From assembly GCA_963727485.1 (NCBI GenBank), contig CAVSGM010000001.1, positions 256,001 to 320,000 on the forward strand: a stretch of 64,000 bases of DNA, written 5' to 3'. The notes beneath the pieces were generated by a model. It was not told where the DNA came from and made no database searches. It saw nothing but the letters and a program-made list of their open reading frames with translations. This document shows positions 1-12,037 of the stretch, in pieces; positions within the stretch are counted from its first letter, which is position 1, and each line of letters begins with the position of its first letter. This stretch comes from an uncultured delta proteobacterium (GTDB lineage Bacteria > Myxococcota > Myxococcia > SLRQ01). Made by a program: the position numbers and the translations under genes.

Positions 1-77
1 GGCGGCCGCCGACCTCGAGGCAGCCGCGCCCGACCGGATGATCGCAGCACCCCCCGGGCTGGCCGACCTCGTCGGCG

Positions 78-653
78 TCAGCTAGCGGCCGGGGCCTTCT
101 CGGCGAGCGCCGCCTTGAGGTCGTGCTCGATGGTCGACTCGCTGGTGAGCCCCACGTAGACCTTGCGGATGCGCCCGTTGCGGCCGACGAGGTACATGGT
201 GGGCAGGCTGTCGATCTTGTAGCGGTTGCCCAGCAGCCCGTCGTCGAGGATCACCGGCATCTTGAGGTTGCGCTGGGCCAGGAAGTCCTGGACCAGCTTG
301 GCCTGGGCGGCGCGGCTGCTGGTCTGGTCGGTGTTCACCGCCCAGAACTGAAGGCCCTGGTCGCGGTAGCGGTGGTTGAGGTCGGCGAGCTTGGGGATCT
401 CGGCGCGGCAGGGCGGGCACCAGGTGGCCCAGAAGTCGAGGAGCACCACCTTGCCCTTGGTGTCCCCGGCGGGGAGATCCACCTGGCCCCCGGCGAGGGT
501 GTGGCCCTCGAGGGCGGGCATGGGCTTGCCGTGGGTGACCGGGGCGACCCCGCTCCAGCCGTGACCGACGTCGACGGCGGCGAGGGTGAGCACCAGCGCG
601 CCCATGAAGGCGATGACGATGCCCATCCACTGATCGATGCTAAGCTTCTTCAT
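78..653 (-). CDS. TlpA/ResA-family thiol-disulfide oxidoreductase, membrane anchored
   Basis: N-terminal TM helix; VLLDFWATWCPPC thioredoxin motif; cis-Pro loop SLPTMYLV. Confidence 0.9.
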   Translation of the reverse strand: MKKLSIDQWMGIVIAFMGALVLTLAAVDVGHGWSGVAPVTHGKPMPALEGHTLAGGQVDLPAGDTKGKVVLLDFWATWCPPCRAEIPKLADLNHRYRDQGLQFWAVNTDQTSSRAAQAKLVQDFLAQRNLKMPVILDDGLLGNRYKIDSLPTMYLVGRNGRIRKVYVGLTSESTIEHDLKAALAEKAPAAS

Positions 654-660
654 GATGGCT

Positions 661-1266
661 TCACGTCTGTTTCGAAGGCTTCAAGTCATTCCTTCGCCCC
701 AGCAACCGAATGGTTAGCCAGGCGAGGAGGATCGTGGTGGGAGCATAGGCCACCACGAGCTTGAGCGCGACGTAGCCCCCGGGGGTGGGCCCGTGCAGGA
801 GCCCCCGCCAGGGTACCTGCGGGAGCACGGCGATGGCCCGGCCCAGGGCGCCGCCGGCGCCGACCCCGAGGCGCTCGAGGAGGGCCCCGAGGAGCATCAG
901 CAGGAAGAACGGCACCAGGGTGAGCGCCGCCGCCGCGTTGATCCCCTCGGGATCCGGGGGGTTTGGGCGCTTGGCGGTGGCCCGGGTGAGGGCCCAGGCC
1001 AGCAGCGTGATGGCCACCAGCTCCCAGAGGACGGTGCGGGCCAGGACCCCGAGCAGACCCGAGAGGCTCACCATCACCGAGATCTGCACCATCGCCACCG
1101 CCCGGCCGGTGGAGAAGGGCAGGGCGGAAAGGCCCACCAGGCAGCCGACCACGAACACCCCGGTGGCGGTGCTTCCCGGGGCCGCGAGCGTCGCCTCCAG
1201 GGTGCGGCGGGGATGGAGGACCATGCCCCCGAGGCGGCCGAGGAGGCCGGTGGGCGCGGCGCTCAT
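661..1266 (-). CDS. Yip1-like multi-pass membrane protein
   Basis: ATG at 1266 overlaps the upstream stop (ATGA); starts MSAAPTGLLGRLGGMVLHPRRTL, a Yip1-like opening; about 5 hydrophobic segments. Confidence 0.55.
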   Translation of the reverse strand: MSAAPTGLLGRLGGMVLHPRRTLEATLAAPGSTATGVFVVGCLVGLSALPFSTGRAVAMVQISVMVSLSGLLGVLARTVLWELVAITLLAWALTRATAKRPNPPDPEGINAAAALTLVPFFLLMLLGALLERLGVGAGGALGRAIAVLPQVPWRGLLHGPTPGGYVALKLVVAYAPTTILLAWLTIRLLGRRNDLKPSKQT

Positions 1267-2378
1267 GTGGGGCTCCGGCGGCGGAGGGCGGCGGTGCCCC
1301 GGGCGAGGAGGCGCACCAGGTGACCGGTGGCCCGGCGCCGGCGCGGCGAGGCGGCGACAAGCGCCGCGGCGGGGGGCCCCACCACCCCGTAGACCGCCAC
1401 GAAGGCCCGGCCCAGGGCGTGGTGGACCAGGACCTCGTCCCGGAGGGCCCGCAGGGTCTCGACCTCGGGGGCGAAGGGTCCGAGCGCCGCGGTGGCCACG
1501 AAGCACCGGGCCCGGGGCGCGACCCACACCTCCAGCCCCCGGGAGTAGTTGCGCACCAGGCGCAGGCGGTTGTCCTCGTCGTAGGTGATCACCAGGAGGT
1601 CCCGGGGGGCGATGGGCATCCCCGGCGCCGCCGCCGCCTCGTGGAAGCGCAGGCTCCGGCCGGTGCCGTCGAGGTCCCGGGTGCGCACCGCGTGGAGGAC
1701 GTAGTTGGTCTCCGGCTCGGTCTTCGCCTCGACCACCGTGGCCACGTACACCGAGTACTCGGCGCCGCAGCTCGGGCAGGTGACCCGGTGGGTGGACTGG
1801 CTGGCCGAGAGGGGGTGGGCGGCGGTGCGGGCGCAGCTCTCCCGGGGGCAGCGCAGCTGGAAGGTCAGCTCGGCGGAGGCCCGGGCGTCGTAGCGCGAGC
1901 GGCCGGTGGTGCGGTCGTAGACCTGCTCGGCGGCGTCGTGGACGAAGGCCGGGCTCGCCGCCGGGGCGGTGGGGGCGGCGCCCGGGTTGCCGGCGGTCTC
2001 GAGGCGGGCGGTGGCGGCCTCGGAGATCTCCCGGGCGTCGCCGAGGGCCCCGTCGAGGGCAGCGGTGAGGGCGCGACCCTGGAGCTCGAGGGCGGCGAGG
2101 ATGGTGCCGTGGGCGGCGGTCAGCGGCCCCGGGGGATTGAAGCCCAGGGCCACCTCGTAGTACCGGGCCACCCGGGCGACGGCGTCGGTCACCGCCTCGC
2201 GCTCCCCCGCGGACACGGCGCCGTCGGCGACCAGCTTGGCCAGAAGCGGACCCTGCTCCTCGAGGACGTCGGCGACGGCGCGGCGCAGCCCCTCGAGGCC
2301 CTCCACGTCGAGGGGCTCGCGGGGGCGCGTGGCGGCCTGGTCGCGGGCCTTCTCGAGGAGGGTGGGCAGGGGCGTCAT
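1263..2378 (-). CDS. Zinc-ribbon protein with C-terminal CFI-box-CTERM domain
   Basis: CPRESC...CPSC metal-binding pairs; C-terminal RCFVATAALGPFAPEVETLRALRD...GRAFVAVY...GPPAA; start chosen at ATG 2378 downstream of TTGACC-N17-CAGGAT. Confidence 0.75.
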   Translation of the reverse strand: MTPLPTLLEKARDQAATRPREPLDVEGLEGLRRAVADVLEEQGPLLAKLVADGAVSAGEREAVTDAVARVARYYEVALGFNPPGPLTAAHGTILAALELQGRALTAALDGALGDAREISEAATARLETAGNPGAAPTAPAASPAFVHDAAEQVYDRTTGRSRYDARASAELTFQLRCPRESCARTAAHPLSASQSTHRVTCPSCGAEYSVYVATVVEAKTEPETNYVLHAVRTRDLDGTGRSLRFHEAAAAPGMPIAPRDLLVITYDEDNRLRLVRNYSRGLEVWVAPRARCFVATAALGPFAPEVETLRALRDEVLVHHALGRAFVAVYGVVGPPAAALVAASPRRRRATGHLVRLLARGTAALRRRSPT

Positions 2379-2451
2379 CGGCGCGCGATCCTGTATAGGC
2401 CGGGGGGGCGGGTCAAGCACCTGCGGCAGGGTGGGGCCACCCCGGCACCGG

Positions 2452-2480
2452 TTGCCGAGGTTCAGGCGAACCCCTAGAGT
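2452..2480 (+). promoter_or_regulatory. sigma70-type promoter of otsA, probably leaderless
   Basis: TTGCCG-N17-TAGAGT, then 7 nt to ATG 2488, no SD. Confidence 0.6.
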
Positions 2481-2487
2481 GGCCGCC

Positions 2488-3993
2488 ATGACCGAGAGCG
2501 GAGCGGCGGAGGAGGCGGGGCCACAGCAGCTTCTCGGCGGCCGCCGGCTGGTCCTGGTGAGCAACCGAGAGCCCTACGTCCGCCGGCGCAGCGCCGGGGG
2601 ACGCACGCGCTACGAGCGCACCACCGGCGGGCTGGTCACCGCCCTCGACCCGGTGATGCGCGCCTGCGGCGGGGTGTGGGTCGCCTGGGATCCCAAGGGC
2701 GACGCCCGGGGCGACACCCGGCACCTGGTCCCCGGCGAGGCGCCCCAGTTCACCCTGCGCCAGGTGCCCCTGTCGAGCACCGAGGTCCGCCGCTACTACT
2801 ACGGCTTCGCCAACAGCGCCCTGTGGCCCCTGTGCCACTACTTCGTCGACCGCTGCCACTTCGACGTCGCCGAGTGGCGCGAGTACGAGAAGATCAACGA
2901 GCGCTTCGCCGAGGCGGTGGACCACGAGAGCCAGGACGGCGACCTCATCTGGGTCCACGACTACCACTTCTGCCTCCTGCCCCAGATGATCCGGGCGCGG
3001 CGCGGGCGGAAGGCCACCATCGCCTACTTCCTCCACATCCCCTTTCCCGCCAGCGAGGTGTTCAAGATCCTCCCCTGGCGCCGGCAGATCCTCGAGGGGA
3101 TGCTCGGCGCCGACCTGGTGGGCTTCCACACCCACGCCTACGCCAGCGACTTCCTCGATGCCTGCAAGCGCATCCTCGACGCCGAGGTGGACTGGGAGGC
3201 GGGGACGGTGAAATGGCAGGGGCGGACGGTGCGGGTGGCGGCGTTCCCCATCGGCATCGACGCCGCCGAGTTCGACGAGCTCGCCGGGCGCGAGGACGTC
3301 CTGGAGAAGGTGGGGCGGCTCCGGGGCACCCTCCAGGCCGAGAAGGTCATCCTCGGGGTCGATCGCCTCGACTACTCCAAGGGCATCCTCGAGCGCCTCT
3401 ACGCGGTGGAGCACCTCTTCGAGAGCTACCCCCAGCACCGGGGGCGGGCGATCTTCGTCCAGGTGGCGGTGCCCAGCCGCACCCGGGTCGAGGAGTACCG
3501 GCAGCTCAAGCGGTCCATCGACGAGACGGTGGGCCGGATCAACGGCCGCTTCGGCGACGGCGGCTGGGAGCCGATCCGCTACCGCTACCGCTCCCTGCCC
3601 CGGGAGGATCTGGTCAGCTACTACCGCGCCTCCGACGTCGCCCTGATCACGCCGCTGCGCGACGGGATGAATCTGGTCGCCAAGGAGTTCGTGGCGAGCC
3701 ACGCCGACGGCGACGGGGTGCTGGTGCTCTCCGAGTTCACCGGCGCCGCCGAGCAGATGGGCGCGGGGGCGCTCTTGGTGAACCCCTTCTCCATCGAGGA
3801 GACCGCCGCCACCCTCGACCGGGCCCTGGAGATGGAGCAGAAGGAGCGCAAGCGTCGCATGGCGCTGATGCGCGAGCAGGTCCACGACTACGACATCGGC
3901 CGGTGGCTCGGCGACATCCTGCGCTCCGCCCTCGGACGCCCGCCCCGGGACGGCGCCCAGAAGGCCCGCGGCGAGGGGCGCGCCCGCCTGTGA
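2488..3993 (+). CDS. otsA: Trehalose-6-phosphate synthase (GT20)
   Basis: [56 protein letters not shown] motifs. Confidence 0.95.
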   Translation: MTESGAAEEAGPQQLLGGRRLVLVSNREPYVRRRSAGGRTRYERTTGGLVTALDPVMRACGGVWVAWDPKGDARGDTRHLVPGEAPQFTLRQVPLSSTEVRRYYYGFANSALWPLCHYFVDRCHFDVAEWREYEKINERFAEAVDHESQDGDLIWVHDYHFCLLPQMIRARRGRKATIAYFLHIPFPASEVFKILPWRRQILEGMLGADLVGFHTHAYASDFLDACKRILDAEVDWEAGTVKWQGRTVRVAAFPIGIDAAEFDELAGREDVLEKVGRLRGTLQAEKVILGVDRLDYSKGILERLYAVEHLFESYPQHRGRAIFVQVAVPSRTRVEEYRQLKRSIDETVGRINGRFGDGGWEPIRYRYRSLPREDLVSYYRASDVALITPLRDGMNLVAKEFVASHADGDGVLVLSEFTGAAEQMGAGALLVNPFSIEETAATLDRALEMEQKERKRRMALMREQVHDYDIGRWLGDILRSALGRPPRDGAQKARGEGRARL

Positions 3994-4793
3994 GCCCCGC
4001 CCCCCGGGAGCTCTTCGCCGCCTGGGACGAGGTGGCCCGGCGCCTCGCGCCCCCGGCGCCGCTCCTCGCGTGCTTCGACTACGACGGCACCCTGGTGCCC
4101 ATCTGCCCCACCCCCGAGGAGGCCATCGCCGGTCCCGAGGTCCGGGCCGCGCTCGCCACCCTCGCCCGTCGCCCGGGGACCACGGTGGCGGTGGTCAGCG
4201 GGCGCACCGCGGAGAGCCTCCGGGCCCAGGTCCCCGCCGACGACCTGTGGCTGGTGGGGCGCCACGGGATCACCACCGCCGCCCCCGGCGAGGCCGAGGT
4301 CCAGGCCGTCGACGTCGACGCCGCCCGCGCCGCCCTCGATCCCCTCCGGGCCGAGGGGGCCCGGGTGGTCGCCGCCCACCCCGGCACCCGCCTCGAGGAC
4401 AAGGGCGCGGCGGTCGCCCTCCACACCCGCGCCGCCAGCCGCCCCGACGCCGAGGCCGCGGCGAGGGCCTTCCACGCCGCGGCCGCCACCCTCGAGGGCT
4501 TCGAGATCCTGGTGGGCAAGGAGATCCACGAGGTCCGCCCCCAGGGCGTGGACAAGGGCAGGGCGGTCACCGCCCTGCGGGCCCGGGTCGCGGGCGGCGG
4601 GGCGCTCCTCTACGTGGGCGACGACACCACCGACGAGGACGTGTTCGCGGCGGTGCCGGCCGACGATCCCCGGGTGGTCACCGTCCGGGTGGGCGAGGGC
4701 GCCGGGACCCGCGCCGGCTTCGTGATCGCCGATCCCGAGGGGGTCACCGAGCTCCTCGGGCGCCTCGCCCGTCTCCGGGCCGGCGGCCCGTAG
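3990..4793 (+). CDS. otsB: Trehalose-6-phosphate phosphatase (HAD)
   Basis: FDYDGTL, VVSGR, EVRPQGVDKG, YVGDDTTDED; GTG start overlaps the otsA stop. Confidence 0.93.
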   Translation: MSPAPRELFAAWDEVARRLAPPAPLLACFDYDGTLVPICPTPEEAIAGPEVRAALATLARRPGTTVAVVSGRTAESLRAQVPADDLWLVGRHGITTAAPGEAEVQAVDVDAARAALDPLRAEGARVVAAHPGTRLEDKGAAVALHTRAASRPDAEAAARAFHAAAATLEGFEILVGKEIHEVRPQGVDKGRAVTALRARVAGGGALLYVGDDTTDEDVFAAVPADDPRVVTVRVGEGAGTRAGFVIADPEGVTELLGRLARLRAGGP

Positions 4794-4858
4794 CCCTGGC
4801 CTCCGGCGCGCAAATCCTTCTCCTTGGCAGCGCCGGAGGGGTGTAGTAGACGGTCCGC

Positions 4859-5269
<411 letters not shown>

Positions 5270-5300
5270 GGCCGGCCGGGCGCCACCGCGCCCCCATCCC

Positions 5301-6082
5301 ATGCTCTACCGCGACGACGTCCTCGCCGGCCGCGTGGCCCTCATCACCGGGGGGGCTCCGGCATCGGCGCCGGCATCGCCCGGACCTTCGCCGCCCTCGG
5401 CGCCAAGGTGGCGATCACCGGGCGCAACCAGGACCGGCTCGACGCCGCGGCCGAGACCATCCGCGGCGCCGGGGGCACCTGCCTGCCGGTGGCCGCCGAT
5501 GTGCGCCAGCCCGACACCGTGGCGGCGCTCCTCGATCGCGTCGACGCCGAGCTCGGACGCCTCGACCTGCTGGTGAACGGCGCCGCCGGGAACTTCCCGG
5601 CGCCCGCGGCGGCGCTCTCGCCCAACGGGTTCGGCACCGTGGTCGACATCGACCTCAAGGGCACCTTCAACGTCACCCGGGCGGCGTTCCCGCGCCTCTC
5701 CGGGGGCGGCGGCGCGGTGATCAACATCAGCGCCACCCTCCAGTACCTGGGCACGCCGCTCCAGGCCCACGCCGCCAGCGCCAAGGCCGGCGTCGACGCC
5801 CTCACCCGGGTGCTCGCCGTGGAGTGGGGCCCGATGGGGGTGCGGGTCAACGGCGTCGCGCCGGGCCCCATCGACGGAACCGAGGGCATGGCGCGCCTCG
5901 CCCCCGGGGGGCTGCGCCAGAAGATGGAGAAGAGCGTGCCCCTCGGCCGCTTCGGCACCGTCGACGAGATTGCCGAGGCCTGCGTGTACCTGGCCTGCGC
6001 CGAGTACGTCACCGGCGCGGTGCTGGTGGTCGATGGCGGCCAGTGGCTGGCCGGCGGCCTCGGCAGCCTGGTCCAGGGCTGA
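5301..6082 (+). CDS. SDR oxidoreductase, 2,4-dienoyl-CoA reductase-like; one-base frameshift in the G run near 5349-5355
   Basis: MLYRDDVLAGRVALITGG then GSGIG in another frame; LVNGAAGNF, HAASAKAGV, RVNGVAPGPI, LVVDGG. Confidence 0.85.
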
Positions 6083-6226
6083 CGGCGCACCACCGCGGCA
6101 GAAACTGCGGGTCGGTGGAAATACCCGCGGGCGGTTCTCGGTTGGCGCGCCCGATATCCACCGAACGAGGCGCGCGCCCAGGCGTCTTGATGTCCACGGG
6201 CAGGGGTGCGCTTGAGGAGGGCCAGG

Positions 6227-7202
<976 letters not shown>

Positions 7203-7210
<8 letters not shown>

Positions 7211-7922
7211 GGCGCTCACCATCGCCCGCCGCGAGCTCAAGAGCTACTTCGACGCGCCGGTGGCCTACATCGTCGTCGTCGGGTTCCTCGCCGTGGCCGG
7301 GTGGATCCTCTTCTCCTCGCTCTTCCTCCTGGGCCGCGCCGACATGCGGACCTTCTTCCAGCCCTCGCCGTTCTCGCCGTCGATGCTGCTGGTGATCCTG
7401 GTCCCGGCGATCACCATGCGCCTGGTCGCCGAGGAGCGCCGCAGCGGCACCCTGGAGCTGCTGACCACGCTGCCGGTCCGCGACCTGGACGTGATCCTCG
7501 GGAAGTTCCTCGCCGCCTTCGGCCTCATCGCCGCGGCGCTGATGGTCACCCTGGTCTACGCCGTCACCATCAGCGGCATCGGCAGGCTCGACTGGGGGCC
7601 GGTGATCTCCGGCTACCTGGGGATGCTGCTCTTCGCCGGGACCCTGGTGGCGGTGGGGCTCTTGTGCTCCACCCTCACCGAGAACCAGATTGTCGCCTTC
7701 ATCGTGGGCTTCCTGGTCTCGGCGGCGCTCTACTTCATCCTCTGGCTGCAGTTCTTCATGCCCGCGGCCATCGCGCCGGTGGTGGCGTGGATCTCCACCA
7801 GCAGCCACCTGAAGAACATGGCCCGCGGGGTCATCGACTCCCGCGACGTCCTCTACTACCTCACGGTGACCGCCGGCGCCCTCACCCTCGCGGTGCGCGC
7901 CCTGGCGCGGCGCCACGCCTGA
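7203..7922 (+). CDS. ABC-2 permease (GldF-like)
   Basis: IARRELKSYF, PAITMRLVAEERRSGTLELL, RGVIDSRDVLYY; six TM segments. Confidence 0.9.
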
Positions 7923-7933
7923 CGGAGGCCTCG

Positions 7934-9568
7934 ATGAGCCGCAACAAGGGCATCGACCTCACCGTCCGCACCCTCGCGGTGCTGGGCATCCTCGTGCTCG
8001 TCAACGTCCTGGGGGTGAGCCTCTGGGGTCGCCTCGACCTCACCCGGGATCACGAGTTCACCCTCTCCCAGGCGACGCGCAAGACCCTCGCCCGCCTCGA
8101 CGACCCGGTGACGGTGACCGCCTACTTCACCCGGGATCTTCCGCCGCCGTTCTCGGAGAACGCCCGGTACGTCAAGGACCTCCTCGACGAGTACTACGCC
8201 CACTCGGGCGGCCACCTGCGCTACCGCTTCGTCGACCCGGAGAGCCAGGAGACCGCCGCCGACCAGAAGGCCAAGAAGCAGGTCCGCCGGGACATCTTCG
8301 GCCGGGAGGTGCGCCAGGAGACCAGCGTGGAGAAGAAGCTCCACCGCCTCGGCGTGGTCCCGGTGCAGGTCACCGTGGACAAGGACGACAAGGCCACCAG
8401 CCGGCGCGCCTACATGGGCCTGGTGGTCCGCTACCACGACCAGACCCAGGCGATCCCGGTGGTGAAGAACACCGACGGCCTGGAGTACGAGCTGACCACC
8501 CTCATCCGCAAGGTGGTCCGCAAGCACCCGCCGAAGATCGCCTTCCTCACCGGCCACGGGGGCCCGGATCTCCAGAAGGACATGTCGGATCTCGACCGGG
8601 CCCTGGGGCAGCTCTACGACGTGACGCCCCTGAACCTGACCCAGAAGCAGAAGATCCCGGACGACGTGAAGGCGCTGCTGGTGGTCGGCCCCAAGACGCC
8701 CCTCTCGCTCGCCGAGAAGCACGCCATCGACCAGTTCGTGATGGCGGGGCACCCGGCGGCGTTCCTCCTCGGGGAGGTGGCCCCGGACCTGGAGCACATG
8801 CAGGCGAGGCCCATCCACCCGGGGGTGGAGGACCTGCTGGCCAAGTGGGGAGTGTCGCTCCAGCCGGGGCTGGTCCTCGACGCCCGGTGCGCCAGCGTCA
8901 ACGTCACCCGGCAGCAGGGCTTCATGCGGATCCAGGAGCCGGTGCGCTATCCGTTCATCCCGGTGGAGAAGTCGCTGGCCCAGGGCTCGCCCATCACCCG
9001 GGGGCTCACCAACGTGAGCTTCCCCTTCGTGAGCCCGGTGGACGTGACCCTCGCCAAGGGCAGCAAGATCCACGCGGTGACCCTGGCCCGCTCCTCGGAC
9101 AAGAGCTGGCTGGCGATGCCGCCCTACGACCTCGACCCCCTCCAGCAGTGGACGGCCTCGAGCCTCAAGGACCAGGGGTCCAAGCCCCTGATGGTGGCCC
9201 TGCGCGGGCCGCTGAAGAGCGCCTACGTCGCCGACCCCCCGGGCAAGAGCGTCTCCAGCGCCGGGATCGCCCAGGCCAAAGACGCCCGGGTGCTGGTGGC
9301 CGGCAGCTACGCCTTTGCCCTCGACCGCTTCCACAACCGCGGCGACCAGGCCCTGGCGATGAACCTCATGGACTGGCTGATGAAGGACGACAGCCTGCTG
9401 GCGGTGCGCGCCCGGGGCATGGACGCGGCGCCCCTCGACGACATCTCGAGCGGCGAGCGCTCGGCCCTGAAGTACGGGAACCTCCTGGGCCTGCCGCTCT
9501 TGGTGGTGCTCTTCGGGGTGGTGCGGTGGCGCCTGCGCGAGGCGCGGCGGCGCACGGCGAAGGTGTGA
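7934..9568 (+). CDS. GldG-like ABC auxiliary periplasmic protein
   Basis: RLDLTRDHEFTLSQAT, YRFVDP, LEYELT, IAFLTGHG, NLMDWL; N- and C-terminal TM helices. Confidence 0.88.
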   Translation: MSRNKGIDLTVRTLAVLGILVLVNVLGVSLWGRLDLTRDHEFTLSQATRKTLARLDDPVTVTAYFTRDLPPPFSENARYVKDLLDEYYAHSGGHLRYRFVDPESQETAADQKAKKQVRRDIFGREVRQETSVEKKLHRLGVVPVQVTVDKDDKATSRRAYMGLVVRYHDQTQAIPVVKNTDGLEYELTTLIRKVVRKHPPKIAFLTGHGGPDLQKDMSDLDRALGQLYDVTPLNLTQKQKIPDDVKALLVVGPKTPLSLAEKHAIDQFVMAGHPAAFLLGEVAPDLEHMQARPIHPGVEDLLAKWGVSLQPGLVLDARCASVNVTRQQGFMRIQEPVRYPFIPVEKSLAQGSPITRGLTNVSFPFVSPVDVTLAKGSKIHAVTLARSSDKSWLAMPPYDLDPLQQWTASSLKDQGSKPLMVALRGPLKSAYVADPPGKSVSSAGIAQAKDARVLVAGSYAFALDRFHNRGDQALAMNLMDWLMKDDSLLAVRARGMDAAPLDDISSGERSALKYGNLLGLPLLVVLFGVVRWRLREARRRTAKV

Positions 9569-9608
9569 CGCGCGACCGGCGCGCGTGGCGCCGGCGCGGG
9601 AGGATGCG

Positions 9609-10994
9609 ATGAAGACGCGGACCTGGTCGACCCTCGGGATCTTCGCCTGCCTCCTCGGGGCGGTGTGGTGGCAGAGCCGGCAGAAGCCCGAGGAGGGCAT
9701 CACCGAGCTCTCCTTCACCAAGCTGAAGGCGAGCGACATCGACGACCTGGAGATCAACGGCGACCACCCCATGGAGATGACCCGCAAGCAGGGCGGGTGG
9801 GTGCTCGCCGACGGCAAGCGGGCCTCGAAGAACGGGCCTGCGCAGGCGGTGCAGGCGCTCACGGCCATCGACACCACCGACCTGGTCACCTCGAGCCCCA
9901 AGCGCTTCGCCGACTTCGGGGTGGACGCGGACCACGGCACCCACGTGGTCGCCAAGGGCCAGGGGAAGGTCCTGGTGGACGTGGTGGTGGGCAAGCACGG
10001 CGAGGGCGGGACCTTCGTGCGCCAGGGCCACCAGGTCTACCTGGTCAGCGGCCTCTACCCCTCGACCTTCTCCAAGCCCGCGGCCCGGTGGCACCACCTC
10101 CAGCTCTTCGACGAGGTGAAGGCCAAGGACGTCACCAAGGTCACCGTCCACCTCCACGGCGAGCCCGCCTACAGCCTGGTGAAGCAGGGCAAGGCCTTCG
10201 CCTTCGCCGGGCACCCGGCGGTGCCGAAGGGCTTCCGCTTCGACGCCGGGGCGGCGACCTCGCTTGCGAGCACCCTCATCGGGGCCCGGGCGGCGACGGT
10301 GCTGGAGACCGATCCGGGCGCCAAGACCACCGGCCTCGGGGACGGCGACGTGATCAGCTTCGAGGCCGGGAAGCAGAAGGGCTCGCTCACCCTCGGCGCC
10401 AAGACCAAGAAGGGCACCGTCTACGCCAAGGTCGGCGGCCGCGACGACGTGTTCACCGTCTCTGCGGGCGTGGCCCGGGCCCTGCGCAAGCAGCCTACCG
10501 AGCTCCGGGACCTCCACTTCGTCTCCCTCGATCCCGCCAAGGTCACCCGCCTGGAGATCCGCCACGGCAAGACCCACCTGGTGCTCGCCAAGACGGGCGA
10601 CGCCTGGAAGGCGGTGAAGGGCGGCAATGGCAAGGCCCCCAACGCCCAGGCGGTGGGGATGCGCCTCGGGGCCCTGGCGGGCGCCCGGGCCATGGCGCTG
10701 GCGCGGGACCCGAAGCACACGGGCCTCGAGAAGCCCGAGGGCGAGGTGGTGGCGACGCTGGCCTCGGGGAAGCAGGTCACCGTGCGCTTCGGCGCCGACA
10801 CCAAGACGAAGGCCGGGGGTGCCGCGGTCTTCACCCGGGGGAACGCCGACGACGCGGTGTACCTGGTCAGCCCCTGGATCCGCGACCGGCTCCTCGGGGG
10901 TCCGGCGAGCTTCGCCGCGCCCCACCGGCCGCAGCTAAGCCAGGCGATGCTCCGGCGCCTGATCCAGGCCCAGCGGGCGCGGCAGCAGCACTAG
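9609..10994 (+). CDS. DUF4340-domain protein
   Basis: N-terminal anchor; repeated units such as ELRDLHFV..DPAKVTRLEI, TGLEKP, DDAVYLV; typical position after GldG. Confidence 0.75.
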   Translation: MKTRTWSTLGIFACLLGAVWWQSRQKPEEGITELSFTKLKASDIDDLEINGDHPMEMTRKQGGWVLADGKRASKNGPAQAVQALTAIDTTDLVTSSPKRFADFGVDADHGTHVVAKGQGKVLVDVVVGKHGEGGTFVRQGHQVYLVSGLYPSTFSKPAARWHHLQLFDEVKAKDVTKVTVHLHGEPAYSLVKQGKAFAFAGHPAVPKGFRFDAGAATSLASTLIGARAATVLETDPGAKTTGLGDGDVISFEAGKQKGSLTLGAKTKKGTVYAKVGGRDDVFTVSAGVARALRKQPTELRDLHFVSLDPAKVTRLEIRHGKTHLVLAKTGDAWKAVKGGNGKAPNAQAVGMRLGALAGARAMALARDPKHTGLEKPEGEVVATLASGKQVTVRFGADTKTKAGGAAVFTRGNADDAVYLVSPWIRDRLLGGPASFAAPHRPQLSQAMLRRLIQAQRARQQH

Positions 10995-11014
10995 GCGCGG
11001 CCCGGCCCCCGGCG

Positions 11015-11043
11015 TTGCCATCCTCGGGCGGGTCCACTAGGGT
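11015..11043 (+). promoter_or_regulatory. sigma70-type promoter for the 11068 gene
   Basis: TTGCCA-N17-TAGGGT; GGGGAG SD before ATG 11068. Confidence 0.6.
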
Positions 11044-11067
11044 CCCCAACCGACCCTGGGGGAGACC

Positions 11068-12030
11068 ATGAACCGCTCTGCGCCGCGGGCCGCCGCGCCC
11101 GCGCTCGCCGCCGTCCTCGCCGTGCCCGTCGTGATCCTCGTCGCGTGTCCGTGCCTGGCGCCGCGCCCCGCCCGCGCCGCCCCCGACGCGCCCACCGAGT
11201 CCCGGGCGCTCCTCTACCCCGAGGCCACCGCCGCCGGCCGGGCGCCGCCGGAGCTCCGGGTCCGGGTCGACGGCACCCCGGTGACCGTCTACCTCCCGGA
11301 CCACGCCCTCGACCCGCGCCCGGCGGTGCACCTGCTCACCATGCCCACCGAGCTCGGCCTGCGGGTCGCCGAGCACACCGCCTACCTGTTCACCACCGCC
11401 AAGGCCCGCGCCGGGGACACCGGGACCCTCACCCTGACCCTCGCCGACGGCCGGCCCCTCACCTTCACCGTGCGCCTGGTCCCCGCCACCGCCTCGGCGG
11501 ACGCCAGCGTCGAGGTGCGCCTCCCCGAGGACCGGCACACCCTCCCGGCCCGGTGCCAGGCGGCGGTCCAGGAGGCAAAGGACGCGCTGGCCGAGTGCCG
11601 GGAGTCGGACCCGAAGCGGGCGGTGGCCCTCATCGCCAGCCTGATGCTCGACGCCCCCGAGCACGGCCGGCTCCTCCAGGAGCGACAGGTCCACTGGCGC
11701 GACAAGGAGCACCGGATCTTCATCCAGGTGGTGGACGCGGTGCGCCTCTTCGGGCGGACCTACCTGCGCCTCGAGGTGGAGAACCGCGACGGCTCGGGGA
11801 AGCCCTGGCGGCCAGGGACGGCGACGGTGTCCCTGGTGGGCCCGGGGCCGCGGCTCCAGAGCCTCCCGGTGGTCCCGGTCTACCAGCTCCAGGAGATTGA
11901 CGCCGGGCAGTCGGCGATGGTGGTGCTCTCCGTGAAGACGCCCCAGGTCGCCGCCGGCGCCCACGTGCGCCTCACCCTGGAGGAGAAGGGCGGGAGCCGG
12001 CACCTGGTGATCCAGGGGCTCGCCCTCTAG
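11068..12030 (+). CDS. Exported DUF2381-like protein resembling conjugative TraN (DUF4138)/VirB9
   Basis: Signal peptide; beta-rich N-domain; helical linker with two Cys; C-domain RTYLRLEVENR...EIDAGQSAMVV...LTLEEKGGSRHL, similar to the recalled TraN ending ELxEKNGGRH. Confidence 0.6.
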   Translation: MNRSAPRAAAPALAAVLAVPVVILVACPCLAPRPARAAPDAPTESRALLYPEATAAGRAPPELRVRVDGTPVTVYLPDHALDPRPAVHLLTMPTELGLRVAEHTAYLFTTAKARAGDTGTLTLTLADGRPLTFTVRLVPATASADASVEVRLPEDRHTLPARCQAAVQEAKDALAECRESDPKRAVALIASLMLDAPEHGRLLQERQVHWRDKEHRIFIQVVDAVRLFGRTYLRLEVENRDGSGKPWRPGTATVSLVGPGPRLQSLPVVPVYQLQEIDAGQSAMVVLSVKTPQVAAGAHVRLTLEEKGGSRHLVIQGLAL

Positions 12031-12037
12031 GCCGGGC

